Positions 23,908 through 35,419 of a stretch of DNA of 64,000 nt are shown here, in pieces. Position 1 is the stretch's first letter. The number at the start of each line of letters is the position of its first letter. The position numbers and the translations under genes are program-made. The notes under the pieces were generated by a model. The model did not search any database, was not told the origin of the DNA, and saw only the letters and a list, made by a program, of their open reading frames with translations. Origin of the DNA: Hypanus sabinus (taxonomy: Eukaryota); NCBI RefSeq assembly GCF_030144855.1, contig NC_082718.1, positions 88,722,001-88,786,000 of the forward strand. The letters are read 5' to 3'.

Positions 23908-25111
23908 GTGAGTTTGCAAACACCAGAGGAAATTTAAGTTACATGGATCTATACTGGATCTACTGATCCATCTGAAATGGTTGTAATCACTCAAATGCAC
24001 TGGTAGTTTGAAAGTTAAGGGAATGGGATACATTTATATTATATTATTTATATGTACATAATATTTTTCTACAAAGCTGGCGATTTTTCTGCATGTATTT
24101 GGAATATCATTAAGTTTCCATTCTAAAGCTAAAACTTAAGTCAATCCTTTTTCTACCAGCTTGGTAATGTTAAATGCCAATTTCTCTTGTTGCTTTGTAA
24201 TTTTTTAAAATCTTTTTTCCCCGATCCATTTGACATTGGAAGCATAAAATTAAAAAATGGGAAATTGGTGATCACTGAGTTCTATCAAAATGCACAGGAG
24301 AATGAAAACCCAGAAACAATTGCTTACAGTTGATTTGCCCTGCCCCACGTTAACTACATCTACCATATCAGTAAACTGAAAAAAAAGTGAATATCAGTCA
24401 TTGACTTGTGTTTTTATGGTCTGTATCCTTATTTAATGCTTTTATATTTTGAAAAATAATGTAGCTTTCTATCACCACCATTTCTGATCCATCTACCTTG
24501 AGTATAACTATCCCCATTCCACAAAAGATAGATCTTTTATGAACAGGCAACACAGGTAGTCTTGGTTTATCACACCTTCATTTTGAACCAGAAGATGAAT
24601 CGTTCAAGAAGTATTATAAAACTTGATTTCATAGCCCAGTATTCAATGGCAGTTGTTTCCTAGCCAGAGGAATAGTCCTGAATTTGCTCTTTTGGACATG
24701 TGCACCAATTTTGATAAATGCCTTGCAACACAGTGGGTAATACACTTAATTTGTATACTTAGAAAATATCTGGCTTTATTTAGTAACAACAAAGGAAACA
24801 ACTTATTTTTAAAGATTCTAATTGGCCTCATGAATAATGATTATTACATTGGGCAACACTATTTCCTGCTTACTCTAGGTTCTCATATATATTAAGATGG
24901 CATGGCAATATTGGGTTGAGAAGGGCGTTCTACCAAAATGCAAAATTATGAAGCTATCTACCATCAGGAAAAGCAATTTGTCATTGCTTTTGATTTCTAC
25001 CATTATTTTCAGTACTCCTGGAAAATTTGTATGGTGTTAACATTGAAAGATGCTCATGCAATATTACAGATCAACTGTGTTCAGTGGGATTGGTGTCAGA
25101 GGTGGGCCAGA

Positions 25112-25155
25112 ACACGTGCGTGTGTGTGTGTATACGCGCGCACACACACACACAC
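25112..25155. repeat. 44-bp alternating purine-pyrimidine tract (GT)n-(CG)n-(CA)n
   Basis: acacgtgcgtgtgtgtgtgtatacgcgcgcacacacacacacac. Confidence 0.9.
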
Positions 25156-25231
25156 CTCCTTAACTTTTATTAAATTGTACAGTTTGGGTTTGGAGAATGT
25201 ATGCTTATTTTCTTACCTTGGATTCACTTAG

Positions 25232-25417
25232 CTTCTAAACCAGTGGCTGCCACTCCTGCACCTGATGAGTATCTCATCTCTCCAATCACCGGAGAAAAGA
25301 TTCCAGCTAGCAAAATGCAAGAACACATGCGAATTGGGCTGTTGGATCCACGTTGGCTAGAGCAGCGTGAACGCTCCATTAGAGAGAAACAGAGTGAAGA
25401 TGAAGTATATGCTCCAG
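25232..25417 (+). CDS. SF3A1: SF3A1 exon 9
   Basis: SKPVAATPAPDEYLISPITGEKIPASKMQEHMRIGLLDPRWLEQRERSIREKQSEDEVYAP; tag / gtgagt. Confidence 0.97.
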
Positions 25418-26254
25418 GTGAGTATAAGTAATGATGAGCACTTTGGAGCACTGCCTAAAATTTGTATAATGTTAACATTGAAAAAGACTTGTCTTCTTTT
25501 TTGTGTGGGTGAAGGTAGGGGGGAATCTTTCCCATTGCTCACCATTGTTCACACTTGTAGTTGAGACAATTTATCCAGTCTTTTTTAAGTACAATTTGCG
25601 CATACAATGATGGATACAAATCAGATAGTTATCTTTGATCCCTTTGTATCACCCTCATTGAGAGCTCTCAGCCCAGGTTTCTGCCAATGGTGCTGTGTAG
25701 CTTCTGATCCTGACCACCTCATGATGTCTCTTGATTAAAGAAATTGATTTTGTCAGGGAGTTATGGGAACTTTGTGCTTTCATTGAATTCTCAAAAATGG
25801 TGTAATCTGTGAAAAACCCTAAGTATTTTGACCTTTTCAGTATTCACTGTCTACTGTGCTTTAAACAATTTACTGGCAGCATAGTAACGTATGTTTTATG
25901 TAGACTGGCGTAGTGTCAATTTGGCTTTATTGATTTATTAATGGAAGACGTAGTGACATGGAAGAGGGCTATTAGGTCCATGCTGGCTTCCAGCAAAGCA
26001 ATCCTGTCGGCCCTAATACTTTCATTTCTCTGTAGCCCTGCAGCTTCCTCGCTATCAATTCCCCTTTTGATTCTTTTGACATTTACTTGCACCAAGGGGT
26101 AATTTACAGAAACAACATAACCTTTCAGCAAAACTTCAATTCAGGCAAAACACAAACAATCACAGTAAACGCGGGTTAACTCTGAATCGAAACCAAATAT
26201 CTCTAAGTTAGTAACGTCAACTGCTGACAACCCCTACAGATGCATAGTGACATG

Positions 26255-26653
26255 CACTCACTGACCAGTTTTTTAGGTACACATTAATGCAAAAATTTAA
26301 TCAGCCAATCATGTGGCAGCAACTCAATGCATAAGAGCATGCAGATGTGGTCAAGAGGTTCAACTGTTGTTCAGATCCAACATCAGAATAGGGAAGAAAT
26401 GTGATTTTTGTGACTTACCATGGTGCGATTGTTGGTGCCAGATGGGGTGGTTTGATTATCTCAGTAACTGCTAATCTCCTGGGATTTTTCTAGCACAACA
26501 GTCTATGGAGTTTACAGAGAATGGTGTGAAAAGCCAGAAAAACTTTCAGTGAGTGGCAGTTCTGAGGCTTTGTTAACGAAAGAGCTCAGAGAAGAGTGGC
26601 AGAACTGGTTCAAGCTGGCGGGAAGGCGACAGTAACTCAAATAACCTCACATT
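26255..26653 (+). mobile_element. 5' fragment of a Tc1 element (similar to fish Tc1DR3-type) ending at the SF3A1 exon 10 acceptor
   Basis: cactcactgacc..ttaggtacac left end, aatcagccaatcatgtggcagcaactcaatgc, and HTH remnant (IVGARWGGLIISVTANLLGF...KATVTQIT). Confidence 0.85.
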
Positions 26654-26662
26654 GTTTAATAG

Positions 26663-26784
26663 GTCTGGATATTGAAAGCAGCCTGAAGCAGCTGGCTGAA
26701 CGACGTACTGATATCTTTGGTGTGGAAGAAACGGCTATTGGAAAGAAGATTGGTGAAGAAGAAATACAGAAACCAGAAGAGAAG
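26663..26784 (+). CDS. SF3A1: SF3A1 exon 10
   Basis: LDIESSLKQLAERRTDIFGVEETAIGKKIGEEEIQKPEEK; tag / gtatga. Confidence 0.96.
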
Positions 26785-27323
26785 GTATGAATTCCCATCA
26801 CTTCGCTGCTTGTATAGTATTTTGGAGTTGCTTGTTAATTCTTCAATTGTACAAGAGTAATCAAAAACTTTTTCTTGTAAAATCTCCACAGAAATAAACA
26901 CTTAACGCTAATCTAAATTCACCGACTACTCTCACAAAACTGGTACCAGAAATGAGTGGCAGTATTGTAATTGAATGTCTTCTCCAGTTGTCAGAGAAGG
27001 TGGTTAGCGATGTAAATTAAACTATGAAAATGCTGTCACAGTATAGAGAACAACATATATAAAGTTTGATTGATTAATTCATTTGGAATTCATTTAGATG
27101 AACTCATTTAGAAATCAAACATAATTGTCAATTGCCTCAGTTAAAGGAAGCAGAAATCGTAATTTATGTGGATAAATTATAGCAGATTGATTTGATAAGA
27201 AATTATTCTACTCTGAAGTAATATTCTTAAGTATGTGTGGATGTGGTTTTTATGTCTATTACCTTAAAAGTATATAAACACATCAGTAAACTTGGCTTGT
27301 ACTCGTTCTTTCTTGTGGCCAAG

Positions 27324-27566
27324 GTTACTTGGGATGGGCATTCTGGCAGCATGGCACGTACACAACAAGCTGCACAAGCCAACATCACACTGCAGGAGCA
27401 GATTGAAGCTATCCACAAGGCCAAAGGATTAGTTCCAGAGGATGACACCAAGGAGAAAATTGGACCCAGCAAACCTGCTGATTTACCACAACCCCCACCA
27501 CCTTCATCTGCCCCAAATACTTCAATGAATGCTCCTCCAATTACATCAATGCCCAGACCACCTTCT
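27324..27566 (+). CDS. SF3A1: SF3A1 exon 11
   Basis: VTWDGHSGSMARTQQAAQANITLQEQIEAIHKAKGLVPEDDTKEKIGPSKP...PRPPS; aag / gtaagt. Confidence 0.96.
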
Positions 27567-28454
27567 GTAAGTTTGGCAGATATTTTGAAAATGTTTGCAT
27601 GTTGTTTACAGTTAAGTTGAGATGCTTAGGATTGTGAGAAACAGTAAGGCACACAGAAGTATTATTGCCACTCTAAAATGAAATTCCTCTGCATAGTTGG
27701 GGTTTCCACATGTGGCAAAATAGCCACAGCCCCAGTATTTATTAGTTGTAATTGTATTAAATAAGCAGTTGAATACTACTTTCCCATCTGTCTTGTGGTT
27801 TCAAATATGGGACTATTTCCAGTACATATTTCTATTTCTGGTGCTGCATATGCTGATCAAATGAACTACATGATGCAGTGTAAGCAAGCTACAATTTTAC
27901 TTATTCCTTTCATCAGCAACAGAAGAGGAAATCAATGAGAATAACCCTTTAAAAGAATATTGTTGAATCACTTGTATTTTTCCACCTTTGAGGTTATTTA
28001 ATTACACTGTATTAATTGTATTTATTTTAATTACCTTATAGTACACTATTGTGAGTGCAAAATATTTTGTCAGCTATTGAGAATCACATACCTGTATAAT
28101 ATCAATGTATAGGAAAATGTGAAAGTAATTTGACCTTAACAGCATGGTTAAATGTTAGACTTGTCTCAGTGACACAGAAAACAAAATCAAGATTGGATAT
28201 AGTTTTATCAGACCAGCCAAATTGTACTTCAGATCCTGTTGTAATGTGTATACATATTTTTCACTTAACATGTTAATTAATATTAATTTATATTCAAATA
28301 CAAGTATTGGAAGTGCTACTGAACCATTACAGCATGATCAGTTCATAAAGAGCATAATTCTCCACAGACGGTGAAAATGGAGAAGTTGGCTTTAAATTAT
28401 TGTATTTTGGATAGTAAGTGAAAGTACAATTATGTTGTTTTTTTGTTTGTTCAG

Positions 28455-28662
28455 ATGCCACCACCTGTACGCAATATTATGTCGTCAATGCCTGTTATTC
28501 CCAGGCCACCAATGTCTCCTGTTATCCGTTTAGCACCAAGTCCTGTTTTATCAGCTCCCATGCCACCAATGATTCCTGGACCACGGATTAATGTAGTACC
28601 TATGCCTTCTTCGGCGCCACCTGTTTTGACTCCCCGACCACCACCAATGGTGGTACCATCTG
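28455..28662 (+). CDS. SF3A1: SF3A1 exon 12 (Pro-rich)
   Basis: MPPPVRNIMSSMPVIPRPPM...PRINVVPMP...PRPPPMVVPS; cag / gtaatg. Confidence 0.94.
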
Positions 28663-29206
28663 GTAATGTTATTTAAAAGATTGTACGGTCCTTCAGTTTA
28701 AATCCATTTTGACATTTATGAATATGCATCTGAACTTTATTTATCAGTCTTACCAGCAAGTGTAAAATTGGTTCACATGAGGAAATTCATATCAGTGAAA
28801 TGTGTATCTGACATAGAACTGTAGTCCTCATTATATATAGATTAAGAATTTTGAAAAGAAATGAGGAAATAGGAAAGTTTTTTTTTGGTCTTGGGTGGCA
28901 GCTTGGGAAATTAATAGAAGTTGCTCTTTTATCAAAAAAGTCTTTCAGTCTGTATGAGGAATGGTTGGAGGATAGGGGTGGGATGGTAGTGAGGGAGGAA
29001 GAAGACTTGTAAGGCCAGAAGCAGGGACTTAATCATATCTTCTAGATTAGCACAAGTGAAACATTGGAAAGCTGGGTTCAGATTATGCAATGCTGGTGCT
29101 TAGTCTGTGCTCGCTGATGGATGTGAAAGTCTAACGGGGGAGCCATTTAATGTTCTTTCCAACAGCAATTTAGTTTAGCCAACTCTACCCAAAACATACT
29201 ATAAGC

Positions 29207-29277
29207 CAGGGGCTCCCAATCTTTTTTGTGCCATAGACCAATACCATTAAGCGAGGACCCCAGATTGGGAACCCCTG
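29207..29277. mobile_element. 71-bp hAT/Charlie-type MITE; degenerate relative at about 15990-16075
   Basis: TIR CAGGGGCTCCCAA / TTGGGAACCCCTG; imperfect 8-bp TSD ctataagc / ctctaaac. Confidence 0.75.
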
Positions 29278-29432
29278 CTCTAAACTATAGTTTGCGAATA
29301 GGATAGTAATTTTCTACCATAAAAATTGCATAAAAATTCACATGGAAAGATGTGACCTATTGATTTTTGTTTTAACTGTTTAAGATAAGAATGATGAAGT
29401 TCTAATGTGATTCTTTCACTTTCACATTACAG

Positions 29433-29581
29433 CTTTTGTACCTGCACCTCCAGCAGTTCCTGCCCCAATGCCTTCTGCAATTCCTCGACCTCCTCCTCCA
29501 CTAGATGATGAACCAGCAACAAAAAAGATGAAGAGTGAAGATAATCTTATTCCAGAGGAAGAATTTCTACGAAGAAACAAG
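29433..29581 (+). CDS. SF3A1: SF3A1 exon 13
   Basis: FVPAPPAVPAPMP...LDDEPATKKMKSEDNLIPEEEFLRRNK; cag / gtatgt. Confidence 0.95.
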
Positions 29582-31189
29582 GTATGTCATACCACTGATT
29601 AAAGATAAAGCTCAATGTCCTTACATCTGAAGGATATTGGGCAATAACTCCAAACTCCTATTTCACACAGTTGCTTAATCATTTGTGTTTTTATGAATCC
29701 CATTGATATTTCAGTAAATATTCACACTTTATCTATGATTGTCTGAAATTTTCATTTGACTTTAAGCTAAATTTATTTTTGATATTTTTTTTAAAGCTTA
29801 AAGGCATAGTGTTAGAATTGACAGGTTCTGGCTAATTATTTTTTAAAATTCCAGTGCTGGAGGGTTTCATCCCCTTAGCATGGTCTCTCTGTTGGCTTGG
29901 GAATTTCCCACAGCTTTGTCCTGATGTTGACCCAGATGTTCCAGCAGTACTCTACATCTGGCTCTGGAATGGTGGTTACTGGAGGGCATCATTTTGATAA
30001 TTGGGTATTTATTGTTTTATATTGTTAATTGAAGTGACAATTAGTTAATAACAATATACTAAATTTTCTCCAAATTGTTTCTTCTTATCTTTACCATATT
30101 CATTTTCTTAGCTAAAGAACGTGCATTACCTGGATACATTGGTGAATCAATGCGTTAATACATTAGACTAATCAAACCTAAATAAGCCTCATTTACCTTT
30201 TTAAAAAAAATATGATAGAACTGTACAGTCTAAAAAAAAAAGGAATTCATCTCCTTACAACTTTGATTTCATGGAGTAATCTGACATTAATTTGGTTTTT
30301 ATTTTTTACCCACCTAAATCTCCATACCTTGTCTGTCTTGAACTCATCTAAATTTTAAAAAGATACAATGATCTGTACTTCAGCAAAGCATTGCCAGAGA
30401 ATTAACAACAATTTGCCTTCTCAGCCCTTCGTTTTTTGTTCCTGTTGTGCTCCATGGGTATCTGTCCTTGGTTCGCTTCTGTTTCTCATCCATGTGCAAT
30501 ACCTTCAGCTTCATTATGTGTCAGTTTTCCTGTGTGCACTGATAGTGTCTAGCTCTCCTCTATTAACAGATGTTGACCTGTCCTCTGTCATTAAATTGTC
30601 AGGCTACTTCACCAGTACTCAATACAAGGGAATCAGAACATTTCTGTAATTAGATATTTGGAAAATCAATCATGTTATCTTTGGTCCCTGTCACAAGATC
30701 CACTCCATATCTCTCTTTATGGCAAATGTCTAAAATTGAACCAGGCTGTAGCTGTTGTAAATTTAATATATTTTTTTTTAAAAAAGGAAAATATTATTAC
30801 TGGAAATGCTCAGGACTGACAACATCTCTGGACAGAGAATAACAATTAACATTTCGAGTTGAGTTGCTTTCATTGGATGCAGTCTTAGCCAGGTTCCTTC
30901 TTTTTCTACTCTTCTTGAATCTGAGATGATTGAAAACTTTTATAACCAGGATAAAATCTTATTCATTTAGCTCCTAGTTTGGCAATATCTTCTTTAAAAC
31001 ATTCACCCTTGTTCTCAATCTTTCTAAAGCTTTACTTCTCCCTGCCTGTGTTATCTTCTGTAATGTTTAAGATATTTTGATCTATTTATCTTCTCTGAAA
31101 ATAAGTATGCCATCACCTATGATTCTTAACACGCACCAAAGCTCTAAATTCAAATTCCTTTCATACACCTGATGCCTGTTTACCTTCTC

Positions 31190-31192
<3 letters not shown>

Positions 31193-31252
<60 letters not shown>
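31193..31252. repeat. (TA)30 microsatellite
   Basis: Perfect dinucleotide run. Confidence 0.98.
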
Positions 31253-31255
<3 letters not shown>

Positions 31256-31832
31256 CTCTACTCTGGGGATATTGGGGGCCAGATCTTTGGGGCTATTTAA
31301 TGATTTTTAAAAATCAAGGAATATGTGGAACGGGAAAATGAGGCCTGGAGTAGATCAGCTATGATTATATTGAATGAGGGGGCAGCTTGCGGAGTTAAGT
31401 TGCCCTCTCCTGCTCCTAAATTCCTACTATTATGGATGATTCTATATAAATGTTTTAAGTCATTTATTTGTTTGAATCCTGAGGTGTCTGGCCAGTCTAT
31501 GTCCTTGTATATACTAATTTTTAAATGTTTTGGGGGTATTAGTACTTGTTTTTTTTTAATTTAAAAAGTAACATTATAATGTGCTAAGTATGGCAGCATA
31601 TTAAAATAGTTTTATTAGCAGAAGGTAAGATTCTTAATCCAGCTTTGTCTGTTTAATAGTCATGGTGATCACATTATACAACTGTTTCTATTGTCATAGT
31701 TTTGAATTAGATAAAGAATTGTAGGAGTGTGATTATAGGTTCATATGAAAAATTATGATGCATATAATCTGAATCTTTATCTTAAAGAAAGTTAGTTGTA
31801 GCTTCAACTGTATCCCCTTGTTTTTCTTTCAG

Positions 31833-31934
31833 GGCCCGGTCACAGTCAAAATACAGGTACCTAACATGCAGGATAAGTCGGAATGGAAGCTGAATGGCCA
31901 GGTCCTTGTTTTCACACTTCCTCTAACAGATCAG
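31833..31934 (+). CDS. SF3A1: SF3A1 exon 14 (ubiquitin-like domain)
   Basis: GPVTVKIQVPNMQDKSEWKLNGQVLVFTLPLTDQ; cag / gtatgg. Confidence 0.96.
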
Positions 31935-33192
31935 GTATGGATTCATTGGGTAAAAGGGGAAATGTATCAACTGTAATAAGGATTACAGTACTAGCAAAAT
32001 AATGAACATTAATATCTGCAATTACTACCTTTTGGTTTTGTGCATGGCCACTTCATCATTTTATTTTATCTAGTCATCTCAAATTTCTCTTGTAATAACA
32101 AGTTCAAGGGAACTTCGTGTCAATTTTTCTGGTAGGAAAGCCCACTTTAACAGGCAAAAAAAAGCATCTGACAGCCTGCTGCTTGAACGCAGAAGTCACA
32201 CTTTTCTAGTGGTTTCTTTATTGCCGACGCTGACTTTGCTCTGATACTGGATTCCTTATCTGGTCCAGCAGCAGATACCATTCTTCAGTTTCCCAGCAGT
32301 TGTACTGGCAAATTTGCCTGCTGAACCTGGGCGGCAATAGATGTTGCCTGGTTTGACGATGGCATTCATTGCAATAGAAAATGAAGGGGTCACAAGGAAA
32401 GCAAGCTTTGTTTAATTTATCTTTGAATTAATTAAATCAAGAAGTTTAATTGTTAATTTAGATGTATTTGAATGTCTTTAATTAGAATTATATAATGATT
32501 CTGACAATGAAGCCTCCTTAACAAGTCAATGCTGACTCTTCAGTAATTAATGTCCCATTCCTCCACTCTTTTATTTCCCTTTGCCTGTAAATTATCTATG
32601 CTGTCAAAAGATTTGTCCAGTTCTGAAATAAAATAAAAAGATGAGAGCATTTTTGTTTACTACCTTGCCGAAAATTTTAAATCTGAGTCCCTGGTCCATT
32701 AACCATTTTTTAATTGGACAGGCTCCTTCTACTACCTAAACCAGTCATATATTACTTCACCTCTATCTTTGCTTCAAAGAAAAAACCTCTCCATGTCCAT
32801 TCCGATTTGAAACCAGATATTTTTTTAACTTTTTTTTGATTTGTAATGGCTTTTGATTATTTTCATTATACCAGAGATATTCCCAAACATATTACATTTG
32901 ATGGCCATTCAGACAAGGGGCACAAGTTTATTGGCTGTCAAAGCATTTTCAGGCATAGGGTTTTCTGTTTTCAGCAGGAAACACCATTTAAAGCCTAATT
33001 GCAAGCAGGGTCAGTAAGTGGTGATGTTAGGTTGCTTGTCACTTACTAATACTGAACAGGCTTTATACTCTACAAACTAGGAAAAAAGGTTTTTTTTCCC
33101 CCAAATTCTTGTGCATTATTTTCCAAAATAAATTGTATCATTGCAGTATTTTGTTTTGTATTGTAATTAGAAGTGTTAAAATAATTTTTCAG

Positions 33193-33264
33193 GTGTCTGT
33201 TGTCAAGGTGAAAATCCATGAAGCCACAGGAATGCCTGCTGGTAAACAGAAGCTTCAGTATGAG
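33193..33264 (+). CDS. SF3A1: SF3A1 exon 15 (UBL)
   Basis: VSVVKVKIHEATGMPAGKQKLQYE; cag / gtaagt. Confidence 0.96.
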
Positions 33265-34322
33265 GTAAGTATTGCATTTGTTGTCATTTGTGCAATGACA
33301 TACTTCTGGAGTCTGCACTTGTTCAGGTAAACATAGGGATATGTATGTTGGTATCATTGATGGCCTGTTTCTCTCCACATTATGTTCATTTAAATTCTTG
33401 CTAGCAGAAATGTTCTTGAATGATTAAATTGACGAGAGTGTCAGCTTTGTAAATTGTTCCTCGCTTTTGTTTTTCTAAATAGCCCATTATCTAAGGTGCT
33501 TATGTTTTTAAGATGAGCAATATCTCTGAAACTAAAAACTAATTTAAAAATTATTCTTTAATTCCCTCATCTTTTTCCATAATTGAACTTTTCATTTTGT
33601 AATTTTTAAGTTTGCTTATTTACATCTTCTAATTTAATATGTTTTCCTTCCCCCCTCTAAAATAAGATCCATATTCAATTCAGTTCAAGATACAGGAGTT
33701 CTTTTTTTTTGTTGTTTCTTGGTTGTGAGAATTATTCAGTACTAGTGAATGATATTGTTGCTGGGCACTATGGATCCTCCATAGCTGAGTTATCACAAAG
33801 ATCATTTGACCTTCTGACCAGCTTTCATTGAGGATAACAGCAAGTATGGGCACTTCACTCCTAACTACATATTCATAGTTGGATCTAAGAAATTCTTGCT
33901 CTTTGCACAACAAACAGTGAAAATGCCTGCTTGTAAACATGCCAGCCAGAATAAGGAATTAGTCCATTAAGTTGATTCAAAATAATGGTACACAATACTT
34001 AGGTTTTTATGCACAAGGTTAAGTTTTGTTCTGATTCTACATTCTTAAGGTGATTAATTCTTGGTGATGCCATTACTTCTAGTTCTGCTTTACCTTTTTT
34101 TTTTCCTCTCCTGAGTACTGCTGTTGAGTGGGTTCGTCAGAAGATCTTAAATAAATTGGGACTTCAACATGTATCCTTAAATGCTTCTATATATGCAGCC
34201 TGACCTGTTTAGTTTATTTTGTGTATTTGTTTCAGGTTTCTATTATCTACTTTTTTTTCCCCAATTTTCATTTCTAATTTGTTAGTCTGCTTAAAAGTTT
34301 AACTACCTTTTTTTTGTTTTAG

Positions 34323-34424
34323 GGTATCTTTATTAAAGATTCGAACTCTCTGGCCTACTATAATGTTACAAGTGGTTCAGTTATCCATCTTGCCTTCAAA
34401 GAACGTGGAGGTCGAAAAAAGTAG
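34323..34424 (+). CDS. SF3A1: SF3A1 exon 16 (UBL end, RGGRKK tail, stop)
   Basis: GIFIKDSNSLAYYNVTSGSVIHLAFKERGGRKK*; the 16 exons sum to 2340 nt = 779 aa plus stop. Confidence 0.96.
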   Translation, partial: GIFIKDSNSLAYYNVTSGSVIHLAFKERGGRKK

Positions 34425-34774
34425 CAAGTTACTGCAAATTATCACAATCTTTCTCCGCAAATGGGAATTTGAATCCATGCTATTCATTCTTAAATTAAAA
34501 ATATTAATTTGATTAGCAGGCTATTAGTATGCAGCTTTTTTGTTTAGAAAATGAAGCTATAGCAGAAATTAAAGAAACAAGAATTTTAAATTATATTTCA
34601 CGTAGTTTCTTTGCTATGATAGCCTGTCATCATAAAGTCTGAAAAGATGTGACAATTGAACTAAAATTTGGTTTGACTTCTGGTGCAACTCCGTTCATGA
34701 CACTTGAATTTGTTATGTTTTCTTCCCTGTTCCTGTGTAAAATTGTTGCATTGTGTTTAGCTCTGAATATTTTT

Positions 34775-34780
34775 AATAAA
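34775..34780 (+). terminator. Probable SF3A1 polyadenylation signal AATAAA
   Basis: AATAAA about 350 nt after the stop, followed by GT/T-rich sequence. Confidence 0.55.
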
Positions 34781-35419
34781 ACAATATTGTTTCCTGTGAC
34801 TATAGATTGATTTGTGTGAACAATTTTATAAATTGTCTTCCTTCACTGTACTTGAGTTACTTCATCCATTCCATGATCCCAGTGCCCTTCTGTTGCGAAA
34901 TCTAACCACACTAAAATGTTTTTGGAACTTTTGCTCAGCCTCTGACTTATGCTTCCACATCTTGAATATAAATTTTCTGTCAGTCCTGAAATTGCCTTTA
35001 AGTTCTTTATCCTGATTCTGCATTTTAAAGTAATTTTCTGAATTAGTTTTTTTGTTTTGATCAAGATGTTGAGTATATATTTCTATATTACTCTGTTCCC
35101 GTTTGTTTTTTTTTCTTTAGATACAAGTATTAACTTTTATTTTTCCTCCATTATATCCCCCTCATTCTGCAGTTTAAGAGATTTGTATACATTCCAGTCT
35201 TCCTTTATACCACACTGTAGCTTCATGTAACAATTATTTCAGTAATATAAAATATACCCTTTCCTTATTATTAGTGGATTTATTTGGAAGTTGTGACTTT
35301 TCACAACAGCATCTTTGAAGTACTGGGAAAAATTATTCCTGTTATTAATTATTGTCTGTATAAATATGGTGATTAGTTACCAGACTGCTTGTGTTAACAT
35401 TGCAACTACTCTTCTAGTA

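Noticed and set aside
32100-34000. Intronic snoRNA or poison exon in SF3A1 introns 14-15
   Set aside because: No convincing C/D or H/ACA box pair with terminal stem, and no well-defined exon; probably old repeat or unique intron.
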